Part shown: piece after piece, positions 54,453-64,000 of the stretch
Layout: every line of letters starts with the position of its first letter
Numbering within the stretch: the stretch's first letter is position 1
Assembly: GCF_001194135.2 (NCBI RefSeq)
Contig: NC_068995.1
Coordinates: 43,512,051-43,576,050, forward strand
Direction: 5' to 3'
DNA: 64,000 nucleotides
Source: Octopus bimaculoides
Taxonomy: Eukaryota
The notes under the pieces: generated by a model
What the model was told of the DNA's origin: nothing
Databases searched by the model: none
The model's input: the letters and a program-made list of their open reading frames with translations, nothing else
Program-made: the position numbers and the translations under genes

Positions 54453-56555
54453 TATACTGTTCCCCTTATTGCTTTTCATTTTGTTGTACTAGCCAGTGCA
54501 GTTGTTGTTATTGTTGTCGTCGTCTTCCTCGTCGTCGACGTCGTCGATGCTGCTGTTACTGCCGCTGTTGTGGTTGCTGTTATTGTTATTGTTGCTGCCA
54601 CCGGCGCTGCTGCTTATGTTACCTTTAGTTCATTTGCCGCTGCTACTACTGCTACTACTGTTGTTTTCGCCGCTATAATCACATTCGGTTGAACTTTTAC
54701 ATTCGGTTGAACTTTGAATGCTCAATGTTGATATTTTCTCCTCCCCTTCAATGTGTAATATTCCGCCATCGCTAGTATTGCTTCTGACGCCTGTATTTCT
54801 TTTGTGAATGTCATTTTCGTTTTTGTTACTGCTACCGCCGTCTGCCATGATGGCAATGGTGTAGTTCTTTGGCCTTTGGACTCAAAGAGTACTCCTTTCA
54901 CTCCACGTGAAGAGCAGGGGCTACAACCCTTCCTAAGCCCTTTTTGCCCTTCTCTATTGATCTATGTTAGCTATCCAAAACCATGTTTTAAAACATATTT
55001 TCTAAACAAATTTCGAAAATTTTACTATTAAATTTCTTCTCCAAAAAGGGCGCAAACATATAAATCAACCGGTCCTATGTAGTCATCGTGGCCTTTACAA
55101 ACGTCATATAAAAACATTTTTAAAAATAAACAACTTTTATAAACAATCAACAAAGAAACAAGAATCTGTGAGCTGTACTTGCGTTACTAGTAAGGCAGCG
55201 AATTGAGGCAGCCTTCAATGATGCAATACACAGAATGCGTCCCAGCAGTTTCTTATACTCTATGCTCAAATACCGCTATGGTCATCTTTAATTTTTTTAT
55301 TTTATTGGAAGTCGCTGTAAGTCATGCGGTACATCGTTGCGACAAAATGGGTGCCAAGTTGTACAAGCCTTGCCAGATCCTTGGATTGCGTGAAGGGTTT
55401 AGAATTAGGTAGGGGGTAACGTGCACTGATGTGCAGCTTGTAGTCTTCTGTAAAAAGAAATACAGTGGAAACTGTTATCTAGGACAGCCCTATAGAGAAT
55501 AACTTTTCCATGCGCAAAAATACATGATTGGCCATTTTGAAAACTAGGTTCTATATCTCTAAGCGGTCCCCTGATTTAATGAAATGTCAAGCTACCTCTA
55601 TTTTGGCCTAAATTCGAAGGAGAATAAATGTTTGAAAGCGTATTTTTAACTGCGGTACCAATTGTAAATTCTATCAAAGCATCACTACCAGAGGTGGTTT
55701 GTCATGGGGGAATTTCTCTGATTGGTTTAATGTCGAGAAAGACAACCGGTGGGATTTGAACATAGTATTTCAAGATATAACACAGATGTAGGAAAACGAA
55801 CAATTATATTGGCATTTAATCTATGGTTGGGTTAAGCTCTGGCTGTATCTTTCCAAAAACTTGCGAGACTTAAATCTATTAACGACAAAGAAAACAGCAA
55901 CAATACCAACAACAACAACAACAACAAAAATAACAAAAGACTGCTGCTGCAAAGTTATGCACAGGTTGTATCTTAACGAGCAGCGGTAGCAGCTACTTCT
56001 GCTCCAGCAGGTACTTCTGCTCCAGCAGCATAACTGCAACCATTGTTGGTGAATGCACCGGGGAGAGAGAACAAAAACAATGGAAAGCATCAGCAACAAG
56101 AACAAAAATAAAAATTACTTACATCTACAAATAGAACAACAACAATAACAATAAAAATAGCGGCTACAACGATGACGCAGTAAACACCACCAACCCCAAA
56201 ACACAAACACAGGCCTCCTTCACTTACCAAAATCACTAGAACAATAACAACAACATTGTCGACCCCGATATCACCTACAACCACCACCACCACCACCAGC
56301 ACCGCCGCTACCAACACCGTCAGCACCACAAGCGATGTCACAATAACTAGTAATGCAACTGCAAACTCAGAAATTGCACTTACATCAACACCACGATCGA
56401 TCACGATGGCGCTGATAATCTCGGCGACAATGATAACGAAAGCAGACGATATGAATACAGCAACAACAAAAATAACAACTTATGCTTACATGGTCGCCGT
56501 GGCAGGGAAGGCAAAGAAGAAACGGATCAATGATCGTGTTCCATAGATAGATAGT

Positions 56556-56607
<52 letters not shown>

Positions 56608-56616
56608 CAGAGATAG

Positions 56617-56650
<34 letters not shown>

Positions 56651-56694
56651 GTAGATAGCTAGATAGATAGAGATAGATAGATAGACAGAGATAG

Positions 56695-56738
<44 letters not shown>

Positions 56739-56769
56739 GTACCGACATATATACACACACACATATACG

Positions 56770-56965
56770 TATTCTTTTAGTTGTTTACTTTTACTGCGGC
56801 CACGCTGGTGCATGGCCTGTAATCGCCTTTAATCGAAGAAATTCACCGCAAGACTTATTCTTTGAAAGCCTAGTACACATTCTATCGGTCTCTTTTGCCG
56901 GGGACCACACCAACATCGATTGTCAAGCGATGGTGGAGGGACAAACACAGAAACATACACAAATA
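56770..56965 (-). mobile_element. Family B SINE, 3' half
   Basis: CTGCGGCCACGCTGG..GACTTATTCTTTGAAAGCCTAGTAC..CATCGATTGTCAAGCGATGG. Confidence 0.8.
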
Positions 56966-57150
56966 TATATATATATATTCAAACTCAGTGCAACTCCAGC
57001 TTTAAACAAGAAGTTTACTTCGTTTATTTTCGTCTCATTAAAAAGAAAATGTATTTTATATCTATCTATATATATATATAACGTGCAATATATGAAGTTA
57101 TATAATCCAGTGGTGATCGCAAAAAACTCCTTTATTGGACACAGGTACAT

Positions 57151-57490
57151 CTAAAAAAGGAGCACTACGTCGGTTACGACGACGAGGGTTCCAGTTGATC
57201 CGATCAACGGAACAGCTTGCTCGTGAAATTAACGTGCGAATGGCTGAGCATTCCACAGACACGTGTACCTTTAACGCAGTTCTCAGGGAGATTCAGCGTG
57301 ACACAGAGTGTGACAATGCTGGCCCCTTTGAAATGCAGGTACTACTCATTTTTGCCAGCTGAGAGGACTGGAGCAACGTGAAATAAAGTGTCTAGCTCAA
57401 GGACACAACGCAAACACATCGTTGGTAGTTGAACTCACGGCCTTACGATCGTGAGACGAATGACGTAACCACTAAGCCACGTGCCTTCAC
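57151..57490 (-). mobile_element. Family D SINE with 12-bp TSD
   Basis: Head GTGAAGGCACGTGGCTTAGTGG; ACACAGGTACAT at 57139-57150 and 57489-57500. Confidence 0.88.
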
Positions 57491-57524
57491 ACAGGTACAT
57501 ACCACATAGTTGTTGGCTTGTTGT

Positions 57525-57921
57525 TGGCACTCCGTCGCTTACGACGTCGAGGGTTCCAGTTGATCCGATCAACGGAACAGCCTGCTCGTGAAATTAACGT
57601 GCAAGTGACTGAGCACGCCACAGACACGTGTACCCTTAACGTAGTTCTCGGGGATATTCAACGTGACACAGTGTGACGAGGCTGACCCTTTGAATTACAG
57701 GCACAACAGAAACAGGAAGAAAGAGTGAGAGAAAGTTGTGGTGAAAGAGTACAGCAGGGTTCGCCACCATCGCCTGCCGGAGCCTCGTGGAGCCTCGTGG
57801 AGCCTCGTGGAGCTTTTGGTGTTCTCGCTCAATAAACACTCACAACGCCCGGTCTGGGAATCGAAACCGCGATCCTATGACCGCGAGTCCGCTGCCCTAC
57901 CCACTAGGCCATTGCGCCTCC
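57525..57921 (-). mobile_element. Family D-related SINE with a different tRNA head and the same 3' body
   Basis: Head GGAGGCGCAATGGCCTAGTGG..GGTTTCGATTCCC; 3' ~190 bp closely similar to 57160-57345; 10-mer AGCCTCGTGG x3 at 57781-57810. Confidence 0.88.
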
Positions 57922-57982
57922 ACTTAGTATATCGTCTTAAACGCTCATTCATTACATGTAACACAACTCTCCTCGCTATCAT

Positions 57983-58022
<40 letters not shown>

Positions 58023-58402
58023 TCTATCTCTTTCTATTTCTCTCTCTATCAATCTATCTATCTATTTTTTTCATCTATATATCTACCCACCTGCCTATCT
58101 CTCAATCTGTCTTTTTGCTCTCATTCTTTCTCTGTCCTAACTCACTCACCCCTCTACACTCTCTGCAAACAACAATTCAGTAGTTTTCAAACTCAGTGTA
58201 ACTCCAGCATTAAACAAGAAGTTTATTTCGTTTATTTTCAAAATGTATTTTAGATAATATTAACAAAAATAGACAGAATGACTCGAATAATAATAGTAGT
58301 CATTAATTAGGCAGTGAGCCAATATCGGTATCAAAAACCGATCAGTCGCCTGGATTTGAATAGGTGCCATGATATATTATTAATGTTCGAGTGTTCGAAT
58401 CT

Positions 58403-58880
58403 AAGGTGACCCAATAGCAGAGTCATTAGGGAGTCGGGGAAAATGCTTCATAGTATTTCTCACTGCTCTTTGCATTCTGGGTTAAAACCCCTCTGAGGTT
58501 AAAAGTTATTATATAAACTTTCTCGTTTGGCGATAAAATAAAATAAAGTACCAGTCAAGGACTGGCGCTGATTTAAATGACTCGTCTCTCCTCGACGTTG
58601 CTGGCCCTGAGGTTACATCAGAAACTTGTATTACTATTATTATTGACAAAGCGGCGAGCTGGCAGAATGTTTAGTAGCATTTCGTTCGTCGCTACGTTCT
58701 GGGTCCAAATTCCGCCAAGGTCGACTTTGCCTTTCATCCTTTCGGGATCGATAAATTAAGTACAAATGAGACACTGGAGTCGATGTAATCGACTTGTCCT
58801 CTCGCCCAAAATTTCAGGCATTGCGCCTATAGTAGAAAGGATTATTACTATTATTATTGTTATTATTATTATTATTATTA

Positions 58881-58965
<85 letters not shown>

Positions 58966-59180
58966 AAATGTCGAGCCAGCAATATTGTTAGCACTCCGGT
59001 CAAAATGCTTAACAGTTTTTTGTCAGTGTTTACGTTCTGAGTTCAAATTCTGCCGAGGTCGACTTTGACTTACATCCTTTCAGGTTCAATGTAATAAGTA
59101 TCAGTTGAGCACCGAGATCGATGTAATCGACTTAGACCGTCTTCTGGAATTGCTGGCCTTGTGCAAACACTTGAAAGCAG
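58403..59180 (+). mobile_element. Head-to-tail array of three family A SINEs (58403-58625, 58648-58841, 58966-59180) linked by (ATT)n
   Basis: The second and third copies each begin immediately after the ATT tract ending the previous one. Confidence 0.85.
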
Positions 59181-59539
59181 TACTACTTATACAGTACTTT
59201 CTATTACATAGCAATAAAACAAAAAAACAAATAATAAGTGAAACTCCTACCCATGTGATTCGAACCAAGAACGATGTATTTCATCAAATCTATGAACTCA
59301 CTGCCCCTATGATATTTCAATATTTACTGACTACGCTACAACATAAATATCAACACACACATACACACATATGCACACTAATATTTATAGATTAATAGAT
59401 ATATCTACATTCACACAATGGCAAAATTAGTATCAAAAGCAACAAATACTCACACGAATTGACTCAGAGTGAACTTATACTAAGGAAATGATATATTATA
59501 AGACATGCATGATGTTTATACGACTACATAGATAGACAG

Positions 59540-59552
59540 ATAGATAGATTGG

Positions 59553-59600
<48 letters not shown>

Positions 59601-59637
59601 GGCGTCTATAAGTGTAGTGACACATGCATAAGCAAAG

Positions 59638-59675
<38 letters not shown>

Positions 59676-60028
59676 ACACAGAGAGACTTTTTAGCATTTC
59701 TACACAAATATAACAGCGCTCGCGCATCAACGTAGTAATGTGAACGGAACGTGAATACACGTTGCACACACCAACAGAGAAACAGACTTACACACATACA
59801 GTCACATAACCGCTGGGTGAGGCATACATAGCAGGACACATACACATGCACACACACAAATATGATAAAGCATATATAGAAGAACAGACGCATACACACG
59901 CGCGCGCACACGCGCCTTCGAAACTCCATCGTACTGACTCGGTGGAACGAAAAGCAAACAGTCCGTTACACATACATACACGCATACATAAACACCAACG
60001 CATATACATACACAACTGCACTAGATTA

Positions 60029-60075
<47 letters not shown>

Positions 60076-60626
60076 GTACACACGTACACAGACACGTCAT
60101 ACATACGTTTCATATAACAAACGCTAAATTCGCAAATATAAACATGTACGTTAGAAATACTAGTTAAAAGACCTGTACACCCGGGTACATATACACACAC
60201 GCACACATACTAGCAGATGCACTATTCTCACACACACATACACATACACACATACATGTGCATGGGCGCGCGCACACACACATGCGCACCCTGCTTATAA
60301 ATCAAACCTATTCCGCAAATATGCACACGTGCGTTATGCACGCTATTTAAAAGACACGGTTTTGACTCGATCATAGATATTTCCACATACGCACACACAT
60401 ACATAGTTGCATTCCACTACACGCACACACGCACACACACACACACGCGTGCGCATGCACACACACAGACACACACACACACACAGACACTCACGCGCGC
60501 ATACGCACTCGCTTTTCATAACACAACCGCAGTCAGCAAGCATGCACATGCACTTTTTCCACATTACCTAATAGACGCGCATTCACACACGAGTACACAT
60601 ACCTACAAACGCATAAACGCATACTT

Positions 60627-60664
<38 letters not shown>

Positions 60665-60790
60665 GCACACACCGACACACAAAATCACACACACACACAC
60701 ACACACATACACATGCACACCGAGGCACACACATGCATATAAATACAGAGGCACATACACAAATACACGCACATATGCACTGACACATAC
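59540..60790. repeat. (GATA)n and long CA/CG alternating purine-pyrimidine field
   Basis: Direct sequence. Confidence 0.9.
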
Positions 60791-61549
60791 CATGTGCAGG
60801 TTCGTCAGTTAACCACAAATTCAATAAGGCATCCTTTACCGCTTCAACAGAATACCTTTGCCTCTTCTCTCACTCCTCTCTTGTCTCACCACCACCAACT
60901 TCATCACCATCATCCCCATCATCATCCAACCCATCATTATCATCAACAGCATCAACACTGTCAACAATACCATCTCCATCACCATCACCACCACAACCAT
61001 CATTTACAACAACAACAATAGCAACAACAACAACAATAGCAACAACAACAACAATCTCCATATATAATTCGAGACATTATCAACAAACATTATAAAGGAA
61101 ATATTAACAGAAATAGCTTCACGTTGTTCAGGTAAGTCAACTATCATACATGCTTCCTGTTTTTTCTATTGTTTTACATGGTATTTTACTGTAGTTGTTT
61201 TATTTTATTTTATTTTCTGTGTTTGTTATATAAAAATAAAGTTTTAACTGAATATAAAGACGAGAAGCAAAGAAACAAAAAAAAATGGAGAATATATACA
61301 TATATGTATGTATGTATATATATATTAAAGGGAAGCAAATGGATGATATCGATCTCGTATCGGAATATTTCATTTCATTTTTCGCTTTAAAGTATTCGAC
61401 TAATTCTGACTTTACAAATATATTTCTACAACGTATATATGCATGAGTGTATATGAGTGTGTGCGTACGCGAGTATGTGAGTGAGTTTGTACATAAGCAT
61501 GGATGACTACATAAGCATGTATATATTTATGTATATATATATATGTGTG

Positions 61550-61593
<44 letters not shown>

Positions 61594-62006
61594 ATATACG
61601 CGCGCACACGCTTTTGAACGTAAGATGCATGCGCGTAGATATGAACCAAACAAAATACCAGAGTAAAATATTTGCATCTGTACATGTACAGTAACAAACG
61701 TGTATGCAAGTATACATACATATATATACATATATATTTAATGAATTGTAAATGCAAAAAATAACAACAAAAACACAAAGGATTCTGCGGTACACGTGTT
61801 TCAAGCTTTATATCAGTGTATAATTGACAATACAAAGCTATCTTCAGCCGCAAAAGTATTTCTCTCCCAAGAAATTATATCACATCGGCCTTAAAGGAGG
61901 AAGAAAGGTGAGACATAAGGGGTGAGGTTCCTTTTGGTATTTTGCATTGTACTATACATTGTACTATACCTCGTAGAATCCTCCATTTACACATAATTTC
62001 CTCGGT

Positions 62007-62051
<45 letters not shown>

Positions 62052-62189
62052 ATTTTATGTATAAACTTATAATCAGACAAACGCTCACTTTTACTCACCC
62101 ACTCACGCCCACACAGAAAACACACATTGCTACATAGGTACGCACAACAAAAGCGTGAGAGCCATAAAAGTTACTTTTAGCGTGTTTGA

Positions 62190-62365
62190 AAAATCAGTTC
62201 CCGGGCTTTCATATATAGAAAACTCATTAGCGTCGCCCGAGAACCGAACCCAGATAAACGACCACCAGCAGTAAACTTCTTAATGCCTACTTTACACTTG
62301 TCCAGTTGCTGTTACTGCAGATTTCAACTGGATTACTTCAAACCGTCGTGGCGAGCATGGTGAGT
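62190..62365 (+). other. Candidate CpG-rich first exon ending ATG|GTGAGT
   Basis: TCAGTT at ~62194, local CpG enrichment, donor G|GTGAGT after 62359 and a second donor-like CAG|GTGAGA at ~62380. No transcript support is available. Confidence 0.3.
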
Positions 62366-62920
62366 GTGTTTATACCCAGGTGAGACCCGACGAAATATAA
62401 GTATTAGGTAATCATTCCAAAGGATACCAACAAATCTTTCGTAGCGTTATCGTGTACCCGGATCATAAATACACACACACACATCTTCCCCCTCTCTCTC
62501 TCTCTGTATATATATATATATTTATATATATATATATATATNNNNNNNNNNNNNNNNNNNNNNNNNNNNNNNNNNNNNNNNNNNNNNNNNNNNNNNNNNN
62601 NNNNNNNNNNNNNNNNNNNNNNNNNNNNNNNNNNNNNNNNNNNNNNNNNNNNNNNNNNNNNNNNNNNNNNNNNNNNNNNNNNNNNNNNNNNNNNNNNNNN
62701 NNNNNNNNNNNNNNNNNNNNNNNNNNNNNNNNNNNNNNNNNNNNNNNNNNNNNNNNNNNNNNNNNNNNNNNNNNNNNNNNNNNNNNNNNNNNNNNNNNNN
62801 NNNNNNNNNNNNNNNNNNNNNNNNNNNNNNNNNNNNNNNNNNNNNNNNNNNNNNNNNNNNNNNNNNNNNNNNNNNNNNNNNNNNNNNNNNNNNNNNNNNT
62901 AATAATAATGATTTTTATTA

Positions 62921-62960
<40 letters not shown>

Positions 62961-63489
62961 CATCATCATCATTATTATTATTATCATTATTATTATTATT
63001 TTTATTATAGTATATTGCGAGTAATACCGAGAGAAAAGGAAAATAATAACGATTTTACAACAATCTAAATAAAGGGGAGGTGTAGGAAAACGGTTGGGTC
63101 TCCAATTATAAAATAGCTTTCAGTTTGCAGATCTCTAGGAATCGAGTTCAAGCTTATTCGAGACGTGTTCTAGTTGCACTCGACATCATCAACAACCAAC
63201 GAAATGATGCTTTCAAAAGTAAAACGCATACACACATCTATGCACGCACGCACGCTGAGTTACTCGCACATTTAGCTGCACACACCGTAGAATTATATTT
63301 TACCGACTGCTACCCAGTATTTAAAAAAAAAGTCCATTCATACTACCGCGTTGTGTCTGTGTGCGCGTGGAAACAAACACATATTATCCCAACACACACA
63401 CACACAAATACGCACACGCGCACACACGTACACAACCACAAATATCTATATGTATTTCTGTGTGTGTGTGTGTGTGTGCGGGTGTGTGT

Positions 63490-63642
63490 TCCAAGTGGCT
63501 GTGTAGCAAAGAAGTTGCTTCCAAACCACATGGCTCCAGGTTCAGTCCTTGAGTCTCGCACTATGTGCAAGTGTCTTCTATTAAACTCTCGGACTGACTA
63601 GTGTCTTTTGAGTGGATTAATAGACGGAAGCGGCAAGAAACC

Positions 63643-63680
<38 letters not shown>
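63490..63680 (+). mobile_element. Family B SINE, 5' half
   Basis: GTGGCTGTGTAG..AACCACATGG..GGTTCAGTCC..GCAAGTGTCTTCTA..GTGGATT..AGACGGAA, then (TA)n. Confidence 0.8.
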
Positions 63681-63683
<3 letters not shown>

Positions 63684-63904
63684 TGCATGTATATACCTAT
63701 CTGTTTTCATACTGTAGGATGTGATTTGTAAGGGATTTAACTGCTATTTCTACGAGACCGATTGACCAGGAAGAGAGTGTTCCCGTTGTCTTGTGGCTGG
63801 AAGTTTATACATCTGTTTTTATTCATTATTGAATTTTGGGTTTCAAATAATAAGAAAGGTTGCTGCGTGGCACAAAATATTAATAATAATAATGATTTTT
63901 ATTA

Positions 63905-63944
<40 letters not shown>

Positions 63945-64000
63945 CATCATCATCATTATTATTATTATCATTATTATTATTATTTTTATTATAGTATATT

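Noticed and set aside
55880-56546. Thr-rich mucin-like ORF (56256-56546)
   Set aside because: Decayed (CAA/CAC)n sequence with no splice or homology support.
60794-61136. His/Gln- or Ser/Pro/Thr-rich frames upstream of a perfect CAG|GTAAGT donor at 61130
   Set aside because: All three frames hit stops before the donor, and the sequence is microsatellite-derived; a lone donor is insufficient.

Overview
Eukaryotic, AT-rich DNA dense in repeats, from a fragmented draft assembly (17 N-gaps, nearly all bordered by microsatellites). The SINE families and the microsatellite spectrum look like an Octopus genome; this is inferred from recalled repeat sequences, not from a search. I can support no intact protein-coding gene or RNA gene, and most ORF-track entries are microsatellite or N-gap artefacts. 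The interpretable content is mobile-element debris: R4/Dong-clade non-LTR fragments embedded in (TAA)n tracts, an RTE 3' end, a Penelope-like RT, three distinct Tc1/mariner lineages (DD37D, an IR/DR Sleeping-Beauty-like end, and a near full-length decayed Tc1), a heavily decayed Helitron Rep, a long-TIR MITE, and many tRNA-derived SINEs. The most notable structures are head-to-tail SINE arrays chained through trinucleotide tails, a SINE with an unusually long target-site duplication, a ~560 bp non-coding element embedded in (TAA)n, a 2.2 kb diverged inverted repeat, a 77-bp-arm hairpin and a ~2.3 kb tandem duplication. Together they suggest microsatellite-primed retroposition. I found no convincing novel coding system.
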